Assembly: GCA_965219345.1 (NCBI GenBank)
Contig: OZ244732.1
Span: 1,792,001 to 1,856,000 of the forward strand
Direction of reading: 5' to 3'
Origin: Nitrosopumilus sp.
Lineage (GTDB): Archaea; Thermoproteota; Nitrososphaeria; Nitrososphaerales; Nitrosopumilaceae
DNA: 64,000 nucleotides
Of the stretch, positions 1 through 10,034 are shown piece after piece (within the stretch, counting starts at the first letter, position 1; each line of letters opens with the position of its first letter). Position numbers and translations under genes: made by a program. The notes beneath the pieces are model-generated. The model was not told the DNA's origin. It saw only the letters and a list, made by a program, of their open reading frames with translations, and made no database searches.

Positions 1-215
1 ATAGGCAATGAATCAGCTACTTCTTGACAGGTTTTTTCATCAAGTCCTTTCAGAGCAGCAACACGAGTTCTAAGTCCTTCTTCCCAGTTAATTTTTCCTT
101 GAATTCCTTGTTTAGTGATTGCCCAAATCTCATCTTCTTTGTTGAGTTTTTCTGAAAGAAGTGGAAGATATTCTTCATCATACAAAACACCTTCAACATC
201 AAAAATCACTAGCAA
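1..215 (-). CDS. serB: Phosphoserine phosphatase-like HAD hydrolase (5' part; runs off window)
   Basis: Manual translation from TTG at 215: MLVIFDVEGVLYDEEYLPLLSEKLNKEDEIWAITKQGIQGKINWEEGLRTRVAALKGL; HAD motif I-like N-terminus and SerB-like cap helix. Confidence 0.75.
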   Translation of the reverse strand, partial: MLVIFDVEGVLYDEEYLPLLSEKLNKEDEIWAITKQGIQGKINWEEGLRTRVAALKGLDEKTCQEVADSLP

Positions 216-318
216 TTGGTTTCTAATTTGCAAAAAAATTTCTAATTATATTAAAGTTTGAACTTTTTTAATATATAAAAAACGCTAGTAATAAATCCCC
301 CAAAGTTAGGAATTTAGT

Positions 319-603
319 ATGGCTGAACTAGAACACAAATACGAAGTAGATATCAAATCAACAGAAAAAAGACAAAAACTTCCAGATAATGTAAAAGAAG
401 AACTAAAAGCATCAGGAATGATGGATGAGAAAGGGAAATTAAAGCTTAAAGGAGTTAGCCCAAAAATGCTTAAAAGAATGAAACTAGAATTTGTGGATTG
501 TCCAGTTTTAAAAGAAGATATTCAATTCATCCAATGTTTTGTGTGTCCAAACTTCCAAAGCAGAGTTATGGGTAAAGTGCTTTGCAAGGGCGACCCTCTA
601 TAA
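319..603 (+). CDS. Hypothetical protein with C-terminal Cys cluster (possible Zn binding)
   Basis: 94-aa ORF with host-like composition; DCP...CFVC...LCK. Confidence 0.7.
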   Translation: MAELEHKYEVDIKSTEKRQKLPDNVKEELKASGMMDEKGKLKLKGVSPKMLKRMKLEFVDCPVLKEDIQFIQCFVCPNFQSRVMGKVLCKGDPL

Positions 604-662
604 CGCAAACAGAACTAAAATATCAAAATTCTCACGAAAAGCTCATTAGTTAAATTAATTCT

Positions 663-2120
663 TTGAATTCTAGTTTGAGTAAAGAAGACATAGGAATTAC
701 AGTTTCAAAAAAAGATGATTTCAGTGAATGGTACACACAGATAGTCCTAAAAGCTAAACTTGCCGATTATGCCCCAGTTAAGGGACTTATTGTCCTTAGA
801 CCAGATGGATATTCTATTTGGGAATCATTACAAAATACATTTGACAAAAAATTTGCAAATAATGGAATCAGAAATGGATTTTTACCCATACTAATTCCAG
901 AATCACTATTAGGAAAAGAGCAAAAACATTTTGCAGGATTCAATCCAGAAGTATTTTGGGTAACTCATTCAGGGGATAGTGAAGTTGGGGATAGGCTCGC
1001 ATTGAGACCAACATCTGAAACATTAGCATACACAATGTATTCCAAATGGATTCAAAGTTGGAGAGATTTACCATTAAAGATGAATTTTTGGAATTCAGCA
1101 CTGAGAGCAGAGATTAAAGGAACAAAACCATTTCTCAGAACATCGGAATTTTTGTGGCAAGAAGGTCATACAGTCCATGCAACACAAGAAGAAGCAGAAG
1201 AAGAAGTGAAAAAAATTCTAGAGATTTATAAAAATACTGTTGAGGAAGAATTAGCAATTCCAGTAACAACAGGAATGAAAAGCGAGAAAGAAAAGTTTGT
1301 AGGTGCAGTATACACAACTACTATGGAATCCATAATGTCCGATGGAAAGGCACTACAAATGGGCACTTCACATTTTCTAGGACAGAATTTTTCAAAACCA
1401 TTTGAAGTTAAATTTGCAGACAAAGACAATGTTGAACATTTTGCATGGCAAACTTCGTGGGGGGTCTCTTGGAGGCTGATTGGAGCAATGATTATGACTC
1501 ATGGTGATGATCAAGGTCTAGTTTTACCACCAAAGATTGCACCGATTCAAGTAGTGATTGTTCCAATATACAAAAATGACGAAGGAAAAGATAAGGTATT
1601 ACCAAAAGTAGAAGAGATTAGAAAAAGTCTAGAGTCAAAAGAGATTAGAGTTCATGTTGATGACAGAAGTGAGCTAACTCCGGGATACAAATTCAATGAT
1701 TGGGAACTAAAAGGAGTTCCCATTCGAGTGGAGATAGGTCCTAAAGACATAGAGAACCAAAGTGTCGTAATAGCAAAAAGATACAATCGTGAAAAGTCAA
1801 GTTTAGGGTTTACTGAAATTGAAAAAATTCCTACAGTCTTAGATGAAATCCAAGATGAGATGCTAAAGACTGCCAGAGAACAAGCCAAAGAAAACACTAT
1901 AGACATTTCAGATTATACAGACTTTAAATCAAAGATTGAGAAGGGAGGTTTCTTTAGTGCTCCCTGGTGCGGAAAAGTAGAATGTGAAGAGAAGATCAAA
2001 GAAGAAACAGGAGCAGACATTCGAGTTATTCCATTTGATGGTGCAGATGCTTCTTCAGGAAAATGTATCTATTGTTCTAATCAGAGCGAGTCTAGGGTAA
2101 TTTTTGCCCGAGGATATTGA
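663..2120 (+). CDS. proS: Proline--tRNA ligase (archaeal/eukaryotic type); start may be TTG at 675
   Basis: DDFSEWY, RPTSET, FLRTSEFLWQEGHT, QTSWGVSWRLIGA, C-terminal ARGY. Confidence 0.97.
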   Translation: MNSSLSKEDIGITVSKKDDFSEWYTQIVLKAKLADYAPVKGLIVLRPDGYSIWESLQNTFDKKFANNGIRNGFLPILIPESLLGKEQKHFAGFNPEVFWVTHSGDSEVGDRLALRPTSETLAYTMYSKWIQSWRDLPLKMNFWNSALRAEIKGTKPFLRTSEFLWQEGHTVHATQEEAEEEVKKILEIYKNTVEEELAIPVTTGMKSEKEKFVGAVYTTTMESIMSDGKALQMGTSHFLGQNFSKPFEVKFADKDNVEHFAWQTSWGVSWRLIGAMIMTHGDDQGLVLPPKIAPIQVVIVPIYKNDEGKDKVLPKVEEIRKSLESKEIRVHVDDRSELTPGYKFNDWELKGVPIRVEIGPKDIENQSVVIAKRYNREKSSLGFTEIEKIPTVLDEIQDEMLKTAREQAKENTIDISDYTDFKSKIEKGGFFSAPWCGKVECEEKIKEETGADIRVIPFDGADASSGKCIYCSNQSESRVIFARGY

Positions 2121-2208
2121 AATAATTTCAGAAAAAATGATACCTTAATGATACTTTAATTGAGGTATCACTTTTGGAATAAAGTATAAAGTAGAATCAT
2201 TCTTTGGA

Positions 2209-3519
2209 TTGCTAATGGCAACCGTTTCAGCTCAAAAATCATCAAAATCTCTCCTAGAAATATTTAACATAGTCAGAGAACAGACACTAGAACTAGTCCA
2301 AACATTAGAAAAAGATGATTTTGTGATCCAAACCGCATTCTACACGAGCCCACCAAAGTGGCACATTGGCCATGTAAGCTGGCTCTACGAAGTTGTGATG
2401 AGCAAAACTAATCCAAATTACCAATTTTACTCCAAGGAATTTTCTGAATATCTAAACTCTTACTATCAACAATTTGGTACACCACATGACAAAGGAGAAC
2501 GCGGAATAGCCTCACGGCCAACAGTTGATCAAATTTTTGAATATTTTGAAACAATAAACACTAGAGTTAGGGATTTTATCAATTCTGGAATAGATGAAGA
2601 AGCCAAGTACCTCTTAACAATGGCATTTCATCACGAATGTCAACATCAAGAGCTCTTGACATGTGATCTACAACATCTTTTAACTGATGTGTATAAACCT
2701 GTTAAGAAGATTGCAAGACCTCAAGCTTCTCAAGTTGAACAAAAATCAGTTTCAATCAAAGGTGGATTATATCCCATGGGATATAATGGAACAGACTACT
2801 CTTATGATATAGAACTACCAGAACACAAAGTATTTCTGAATGATTACAAGATTGATGCTTATCCAATTACAAATGGACAGTATCTAAAATTCATTGAAGA
2901 TGGCGGTTATGAAAATTTCAAGTTCTGGTTGTCAGACGGATGGGAAAAAGTCAAACAAAATAATTGGAAGGCACCAATGTATTGGACTAAAGAAGATCAA
3001 TGGTATGTTCAAGATTTTATGGGAAAACGAGAGATAAATCCAAATGAACCAGTTTGTCACGTTAGCTTTTACGAAGCAGCAGCATACTCCAAATGGGCAG
3101 ATAAGAGACTCCCAACAGAAGCTGAATGGGAGAAAGCTTGTTGTTGGAATGAGCAAAAACAAACAAAGACAATATTCCCATGGGGAGATGATGAACCAAA
3201 GGAAGATCAAGCTAATCTGCTAGAATCCCATCTATGGGCACAAACAGAAATTGGTTCATATCCAGATGGAATGAGTTCTGCAGGATGTCAACAGATGATT
3301 GGGGATGTGTGGGAATGGACATCATCAGAATTTACTGGATATCCCGGATTCAAGACAGGATTTGATGAATATAATGACAAATGGTTTACAAACCAAAAAG
3401 TCTTGAGAGGAGGCTCGTTTGGAACTCCAAAGATGTCAATCAGAGGAAGTTACAGAAATTTCTTCAGACTAGATGAGAGATGGTTATTCTCAGGCTTTAG
3501 ATGTGCAGAAGATATCTAA
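2209..3519 (+). CDS. egtB: Ergothioneine biosynthesis sulfoxide synthase EgtB (DinB + FGE-sulfatase domains)
   Basis: SPPKWHIGH, HHECQHQE metal site, RLPTEAEWEKA, GDVWEWT, YRNFF; lies next to egtD. Confidence 0.88.
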   Translation: MLMATVSAQKSSKSLLEIFNIVREQTLELVQTLEKDDFVIQTAFYTSPPKWHIGHVSWLYEVVMSKTNPNYQFYSKEFSEYLNSYYQQFGTPHDKGERGIASRPTVDQIFEYFETINTRVRDFINSGIDEEAKYLLTMAFHHECQHQELLTCDLQHLLTDVYKPVKKIARPQASQVEQKSVSIKGGLYPMGYNGTDYSYDIELPEHKVFLNDYKIDAYPITNGQYLKFIEDGGYENFKFWLSDGWEKVKQNNWKAPMYWTKEDQWYVQDFMGKREINPNEPVCHVSFYEAAAYSKWADKRLPTEAEWEKACCWNEQKQTKTIFPWGDDEPKEDQANLLESHLWAQTEIGSYPDGMSSAGCQQMIGDVWEWTSSEFTGYPGFKTGFDEYNDKWFTNQKVLRGGSFGTPKMSIRGSYRNFFRLDERWLFSGFRCAEDI

Positions 3520-4538
3520 TTTTTTGACGCCAAAGTTAGTGAAAAGTGCTTGTTATCATCTAACCATGTTTGTTTAATTTGAAATCCCGTACTATCAAGC
3601 AGTTCACTAATTTGAGATAATTTGAATTTGTGTGAATGCTCGGTATGGATTAACTCATCTTTTTCTAAATTCAGTAAAAGATTAGATTTTGATACTATTA
3701 CTGATTGATTTACAAGAGATTTTAGATACATCTCAATTCTTTGCTCCTCGTCATTGTAAATTGCATGATGTGAAAAGTTTTTCAAAGAAAAATCAGCATC
3801 AAGTTCGTCATTAATTCTGGAAATAACATTCAGATTAAATTCTGCGGTTACACCTTGTGAGTCATTATATGCAGATTCCAAAATCTGTTTGTCTTTTACT
3901 AAGTCCAATCCAATCAAAAAGAGATCACCAGACTTCATTGTAGAATTTATTTTCTGTAAAAATTTGTAACCATCACTTGGAGAAAAATTACCAAAACTAG
4001 AACCCAAAAAGATTATCAAATTTTTCTTACCATCAAAATTCTTAAGAAATTGTAAACCGCCTTCATAAGTATCAATTAATCCGGTGATACGCAATCCATC
4101 ATGGCCTTTTAGTAATTGTTCAGAGCTTTCTGTGAGAATCTCAGAGATATCTATTGGAAAATACTCTATAGTATCTTGTAATTTTGATAAAATATCAAGA
4201 ATCAGCCTAGTTTTTACAGATGTGCCACTTCCAAGTTCAACTAATCGAAAGCTTTCATCAAGGTAAGAAGGCAATTCATCTTGTAGTTTTTTTAGTATAG
4301 AAATCTCAGTCCTAGTGGGATAATATTCAGGTAAAGAGCAAATTTTTTCAAACAAATCTGAGCCTTTTTTATCATAGAAGAACTTTGGAGGGATAGATTT
4401 AGAATCCTTATTCAAGCTAGAAGATACTTCTTCGGCAAATGTTTTCTCAATTTTTGTAGCATGTGGTTTAAAGTATTGAAGTTTAGGCGATACTACGTAT
4501 TTTTTGTAATCAAGATTTTTTTGAATTGTGTTGCTCAA
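3516..4538 (-). CDS. egtD: L-histidine N-alpha-methyltransferase EgtD
   Basis: PPKFFYDKKGSDLFEKICSLPEYYPTRTE, LVELGSG, FLGSSFGNF, AYNDSQGVTAEFNLN, IHTEHSHKF. Confidence 0.93.
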   Translation of the reverse strand: MSNTIQKNLDYKKYVVSPKLQYFKPHATKIEKTFAEEVSSSLNKDSKSIPPKFFYDKKGSDLFEKICSLPEYYPTRTEISILKKLQDELPSYLDESFRLVELGSGTSVKTRLILDILSKLQDTIEYFPIDISEILTESSEQLLKGHDGLRITGLIDTYEGGLQFLKNFDGKKNLIIFLGSSFGNFSPSDGYKFLQKINSTMKSGDLFLIGLDLVKDKQILESAYNDSQGVTAEFNLNVISRINDELDADFSLKNFSHHAIYNDEEQRIEMYLKSLVNQSVIVSKSNLLLNLEKDELIHTEHSHKFKLSQISELLDSTGFQIKQTWLDDNKHFSLTLASKN

Positions 4539-4634
4539 GTCTTAAGATCGTTTATACTTGACATAAATGCGTTATCCCAAATTTTTACGCACAAATCATA
4601 TTTCTTGATATACTTCTTTGTTCAATAATATCTA

Positions 4635-5600
4635 GTGAATGAAATACTCAAAGTAGAACGTTTGAAAAAACACTTTTCAAAAAAAGGATTGTTTGGTTCA
4701 AAATCCACCACAGTCAGACCAGCAGATGATGTTTCATTTTCTCTTGAAAAAGGTGAAGTTTTTGTTTTAGCTGGAGAATCAGGTTCTGGAAAATCAACTA
4801 TTGCAAAACTGATTCTAAAATCAATTGATGCAGATTCTGGAAAAATTTTTTTTGAAGATCAAGAGATCAATAACGAACAAAAGAATTTAAAAAAAATCAG
4901 AATGAGCTGTCAAATGATTCACCAAGATCCCTATGACTCTATCAATCCAAGAATGAGGATTGAGAATATTGTTTCTGAACCTCTTGAAATACATAACATC
5001 GGAAATAAAGATGAAAGATTCAAAAGGGTGATTGAAGTTTTGCGCGAAGTAAAATTAGAACCTGCTGAGGAAATAGCGAAGAGGTATCCGCACATGTTAT
5101 CCGGAGGGCAAAGACAAAGAGCGGTATTGGCAAGAGCATTGTCACTAAAGCCTAAACTAATCATAGCAGATGAACCAGTTTCAATGTTAGATGTATCAAT
5201 TAGGGCAGAGATGCTTGAGTTAATGCAGGAATTGCAAAAAAAATACAGTATTTCTTTCATCTATATCACTCATGACTTGGCAACAGCGAGATATTTTGGC
5301 CAAAGAATAGGAATTTTGTATCTTGGTAAAATTGTAGAGATGGGACCAATTAACAAAGTTCTGGGTAATCCAAAACATCCATACACACAAGCACTAATTG
5401 ATGCAATTTCAGAGCCAGATCCTGAAAATCTTCACAGAGAAAAGAAAATTAGAATAAATGAACCATCTGATGTTGATGTTTACCAGGGATGCAGATTTAG
5501 AGCAAGATGTCCCTATGTGATTGAAAAATGTAAAGATGAACCTAATTTAGAAAGTGATGATGATGAGCATTATGCTGCATGTTTTGTAAAATTAGACTAG
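4635..5600 (+). CDS. Oligopeptide/dipeptide ABC transporter ATP-binding protein
   Basis: Walker A GESGSGKST, LSGGQRQR signature, ADEPVSMLD, C-terminal GCRFRARCP. Confidence 0.93.
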   Translation: MNEILKVERLKKHFSKKGLFGSKSTTVRPADDVSFSLEKGEVFVLAGESGSGKSTIAKLILKSIDADSGKIFFEDQEINNEQKNLKKIRMSCQMIHQDPYDSINPRMRIENIVSEPLEIHNIGNKDERFKRVIEVLREVKLEPAEEIAKRYPHMLSGGQRQRAVLARALSLKPKLIIADEPVSMLDVSIRAEMLELMQELQKKYSISFIYITHDLATARYFGQRIGILYLGKIVEMGPINKVLGNPKHPYTQALIDAISEPDPENLHREKKIRINEPSDVDVYQGCRFRARCPYVIEKCKDEPNLESDDDEHYAACFVKLD

Positions 5601-8600
5601 GAAGTTCTGACAGATGGCATTCGCTTATCTTTGTAAGTAACAACATGGGAAACGCCATTCTTTGGGAAAACACCATAGATCAGTTTTGCTTTTTGTACAA
5701 CAGAGTCCTTTAGAGACACCAAAATGAATTGGCTTTCTTTAGATCGTTCTTCTAAGATCTTTGCAAGTTTTTCAGAGTTTGGTGCATCAAGGTGTGCATC
5801 AATCTCATCAAACAAGTAAAATGGGGAAGGTTTTAGTTTTTGAAGTGCAAGTACAAACACAATTGCAGCTAATGTCTTTTCACCGCCACTAATTGATGTA
5901 GATTCTCTTTTTGGTTTATTTTGGAATTGAATTAGATAAGAAATTCCAGAATTAAAAATATCATCTTCGTTTTGTAATTCTAACCAAGCATTTCCATTAG
6001 TCATTTTATTAAATATTAAACGAATTTCTTTATCGACAGTATCAAATGCATCCAAGAATGTTTGTCGTTTTTCTTTGTTAACGCCTTCAAGGAATTTTAT
6101 AATTGCATTTTTTTCTTCCTCAAGAGAATTCTTTCTTGTGGACATTGAACGATAACCATAAGAGACTTCAAGATACATTTGAGGTGCCTTTGCGTTTAGT
6201 GAATTAAGTGAAGTTAATTCAGCATTGAGCCCCTGAACAATAGGTTCAACATCAAAGGCATCCATGTCTTTATCAAAGCTAAAAGTAGAAATAATTTGCT
6301 TTAATTTTAATTCGTTTTCTTTCAAATCATCTAAATCATGATTCAATGAATCAGACTGACGTTCCAATGTACTGATTTGTTTTGTTATCTCAGTTTTCTT
6401 ATCATATAAAATTTTTAGTTTGTCATCATATTCTTTGAGTTCCCCAATAGACGAACCAGAAGTGGCAATAAGATTTTGTTCTTTTTCTCTTAATTTTTCA
6501 AGAACTTGTTTTTTTGGTTCTTTTTGTTTTTCTAATTCTTGGATCTTTGTTTCCAATTCTTGGCGTTCTAAATTCAAAGAATGTTCTTCCTCATAAAGTT
6601 GATTAGATTGAGACTTTTCTTGACTAGCTTGAGTTTCTAGTACTGTTAGCTGAGAAGATTTGTCACGAAACTCATTCATTATTGTTGTGAATAGTTTCTC
6701 AACTTCTGCTTTCTTTACGTTAATTCTAGATAACTCATTTGCAATACGATCTTGTTCTCCACCAGCGTAGTTTTTCTCTACAATTGAGATACGTTCATTC
6801 AATGATTCAATGTGAGATTCGTTTGTAATTATTTCTGATTCAACATGTGTATTTCTTGAAGTTAATTCAGAATTTCTTTTTGTTCGCTGTTCTTGTAGAT
6901 TCATTACAGAAACAATGTTTGATTTCAAATTAGAGTAATTCTCATTTGTTGTAGATAGAGACTTTTCTGAAATGGAAAGTTTCTCTTTATGTGATTCAAT
7001 TGAATCTTCTAATTTTTTCAAAGAATGTTTTTTCTGTAGTAGATAATTTTTAATCAAGCTTATGGATTGGAACAAACCATCAATGTCGCTACTCATTGAA
7101 ATTAGTTTTGTAAGTTTTGAAACCTTTGAATTAATATCAATTACAACAGTGCCACCTCTTGCCGCAAAATATTCACCATCTATGGTAACCGCTTTGTATC
7201 CTAATTTTGATACATTATAGGCAGATTCTCGATTTTCTGTAAGTACGACATTTCCAAATAGGAATGTTTTGAGCGTAGAATAGGCGGGATCGCAGGTTAC
7301 ATAATCAGCTAGAACCCCCATGACCCCAGATTCTTTTGGTATAGTTAGCTTGAATTTTGGAATGGCATCAAGTGGTATAATCTTTAGTTTTGGAAGTTTC
7401 TTAACTCTAGCAGCTTCTGCAATTCCAATTAGAGTTGCAAAGTCTTGAACAACAATTGCCTTGATCCAATCAGAGCTCACAGCTAAAACAGAACGTTCGT
7501 ATTGTTTGTCCCATGAAATCATTTCATATACTAAACCTTTAATGCCAAGTTTGTCAGAATCTTCTTTTAATTTTGCAACAGTGTAATCTTCATGCATGAA
7601 TCCTTTCACTGTTTTGATTTTAGATTTGGCAGTAATTGCGGCTTTAGTTGATTTTTCTAATATTGAGTCCCATTCTTCCATGTCATTGTTTAACTTTGAT
7701 TTTTTTGTTTGTAATTTTATAATTTTAGATTTCAATTCAGTAATAGTCACATCATCACGTTTCATCATTGATTCAAACTTAGATTTAGATGCAGATAAAT
7801 TCACCATACCATGTACTAATCCATCAAATTTTCTAGAATTTCTTTTAATTTGATTTTTTAAGTATTCTTTTTCTTGTTGAGCTTTTGAAAGTTTGAGTTT
7901 AGTATCATTTAGTTCACCAGTAAGAATTTGAATTTTGTTATCAATTTCAGATTTTTTAGCTGCAATATCTGACTGTGCTGTTAGAACTTTTTCATATTCA
8001 GAGTCAACAATTACTACATCATTATTGATTTTATTCTTTTTGAGATTTGTCTCTTCTATTGATTCTTTTATTTTTAGGATTTGAGTGTCAACATCGATTA
8101 TAGAATTTTTGATGTCTTCTAGCTCAGTTTTGATTTTTGGACTTCTGTTATCAATTTGTTCTATTCTTTTTGTGGATACTGAGATTATGCTATTATCAGC
8201 TTCATATTGTTCAAATGCTGAGCTTATTTCTGTCTCAAGTAATGCTTTTTCTTGATTGAAGTTATCAGCTTCTTTCATTAACTTGGATTTTTTACTCTCC
8301 AAAACATCAATCTCATCTTTCATGACAGTTTTTTGACCATCTAATTCTGTGATTTCAGTAGTCATAGTGTGCAAAGTGGATTCTTTTGAAGTTTTTTGGC
8401 TTAAAACCACCTTCATTTCATTGGCAGCAGCTAGTGCATTATACCGATTTAGTTCACGCTCTAGAAAATCATGACGTAATTGTTGATTTCTTTCTTCTTC
8501 GAGTTCATCAATTCTTTTTTTGATTTCACCCATTTTTGCAGTTGCAACTTCAAATCTTCTATCAGCATCATCTAGCTGTTTTAGAGCCTCTGTCTTTTTT

Positions 8601-9121
8601 TCATCAAAGTAAGATAACCCAATTAAATCCTCAATTGTTTCTCTTTTTTCTTCGGATGTAAATTCAGAAATTCTAGTTACGGTTCCTTGTTGAATTGCAT
8701 TAAGTTGACCTAAACCCGCATTTGCCATGTCAAGTAAATCAAGAACTTGACTTCGAGTTGTTTTCTTTTTGTTGAGATAGTATATGCTTTCACCATGTTC
8801 ATTCATTTCTCTTGTAATCACAACAAGATCAGAGTCAACCGGGATTTTTCTGTCCGAATTATCAAAGTGTACAGTAGATCTTGTCAGTTTGGGTCCACGA
8901 CGACTTCCCTCAACATCATGAATTAATGATCGTAATTTGTCAGCCCTCAATGTTTTTGGTTTATTTTCACCCATTGCAAACTGAATGGCATCTAAGATGT
9001 TACTTTTTCCTGAACCATTTGGGCCGGAGATGGATACAAGACCAGGTTCAAACGGAACTATGGTATTCTTAAATCCAAAAGATTTGAAGCCAAAGATCTC
9101 AACTTTTTTAACATGAACCAA
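5597..9121 (-). CDS. smc: Chromosome segregation protein SMC
   Basis: GPNGSGKSNILD, long coiled coils with central hinge, SGGEKT and LFDEIDAHLD. Confidence 0.96.
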   Translation of the reverse strand: MVHVKKVEIFGFKSFGFKNTIVPFEPGLVSISGPNGSGKSNILDAIQFAMGENKPKTLRADKLRSLIHDVEGSRRGPKLTRSTVHFDNSDRKIPVDSDLVVITREMNEHGESIYYLNKKKTTRSQVLDLLDMANAGLGQLNAIQQGTVTRISEFTSEEKRETIEDLIGLSYFDEKKTEALKQLDDADRRFEVATAKMGEIKKRIDELEEERNQQLRHDFLERELNRYNALAAANEMKVVLSQKTSKESTLHTMTTEITELDGQKTVMKDEIDVLESKKSKLMKEADNFNQEKALLETEISSAFEQYEADNSIISVSTKRIEQIDNRSPKIKTELEDIKNSIIDVDTQILKIKESIEETNLKKNKINNDVVIVDSEYEKVLTAQSDIAAKKSEIDNKIQILTGELNDTKLKLSKAQQEKEYLKNQIKRNSRKFDGLVHGMVNLSASKSKFESMMKRDDVTITELKSKIIKLQTKKSKLNNDMEEWDSILEKSTKAAITAKSKIKTVKGFMHEDYTVAKLKEDSDKLGIKGLVYEMISWDKQYERSVLAVSSDWIKAIVVQDFATLIGIAEAARVKKLPKLKIIPLDAIPKFKLTIPKESGVMGVLADYVTCDPAYSTLKTFLFGNVVLTENRESAYNVSKLGYKAVTIDGEYFAARGGTVVIDINSKVSKLTKLISMSSDIDGLFQSISLIKNYLLQKKHSLKKLEDSIESHKEKLSISEKSLSTTNENYSNLKSNIVSVMNLQEQRTKRNSELTSRNTHVESEIITNESHIESLNERISIVEKNYAGGEQDRIANELSRINVKKAEVEKLFTTIMNEFRDKSSQLTVLETQASQEKSQSNQLYEEEHSLNLERQELETKIQELEKQKEPKKQVLEKLREKEQNLIATSGSSIGELKEYDDKLKILYDKKTEITKQISTLERQSDSLNHDLDDLKENELKLKQIISTFSFDKDMDAFDVEPIVQGLNAELTSLNSLNAKAPQMYLEVSYGYRSMSTRKNSLEEEKNAIIKFLEGVNKEKRQTFLDAFDTVDKEIRLIFNKMTNGNAWLELQNEDDIFNSGISYLIQFQNKPKRESTSISGGEKTLAAIVFVLALQKLKPSPFYLFDEIDAHLDAPNSEKLAKILEERSKESQFILVSLKDSVVQKAKLIYGVFPKNGVSHVVTYKDKRMPSVRTS

Positions 9122-9300
9122 TAGCGATCTTTTCTTAATCTGTAGGATAATCGGTGATTAACAAGTTTAGTTGACATAATTGCATAATTTTTCTTGTTTT
9201 ATTATGAAATTTTTCGTAGTGGGTGTAATGATGAAACACTAGAAAATAAAGAGTCTAAAATTGTGCCTACCTATAATTATGAAGTAGTTATTGTAAATTC

Positions 9301-10034
9301 ATGGTAAAATTAGGACTATTCAAACTATCTCATACAGCACAAATCAAAAGGGAATTTCTAGAGTTTCAGCAATGTTAAAAAAATTGGGCAAAAAAGAGAC
9401 GGAAATAGTATGCTTGCCTGAACAATGGTTGAAGAACAATGAAATTTCAGATTTTGATTCAGAGTTTTTAGACTTTAAGAAAATTGCAAAAGATTTCTCT
9501 ATGACAATAATTCCTGGAGCGTTTTATGAAATCACAGATAGAAAACCATCAATATCGCGCCCATAATTGGTCCAGAAGGGGAGTTCATAGGAAGACAGGA
9601 AAAAATACACCCATTTGATTATGAAAGAGATGTTGTAAAGCCTGGAAGAGAAGCCAAAATTTCCAATACTGCCTGTAAATTTGGAGTAGTGATTTATTAC
9701 GATCTAGTATTTCCAAAAGTTGCAAACACTCTAGTGAAAAAAGGAGCCCAGGCGTTGTTATCTCCAAGCAGGATTGTAAGAAGAGGAATAGAACATGGCA
9801 GTTGTATGTTCAGGTAAGAGCACTAGAAAATGGGACTCCCATTCTTGCTGCAAATGTAGAAAACCACAGATTTGGGGGAACAGCATGTCGTAGATTTAAC
9901 TGAAAATAACAAAGTTGTTACCGCAAAAATCACTAAACTAAACGGAGAGAGTGAAGTTACAAGAGAGTTCATGCTTGACAAATATGAAAAAAAGTAGAAA
10001 AATCAGATTTTCAGATTCAAATAAGTTTCAATGA
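9301..10034 (+). pseudogene. Carbon-nitrogen hydrolase (nitrilase superfamily) pseudogene
   Basis: Fragments MVKLGL / IVCLPEQW / GRQEKIHPF / GVVIYYDLVFP / QVRALEN / FGG are spread over several frames (about 5 indels); catalytic ICYD reads IYYD. Confidence 0.85.
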
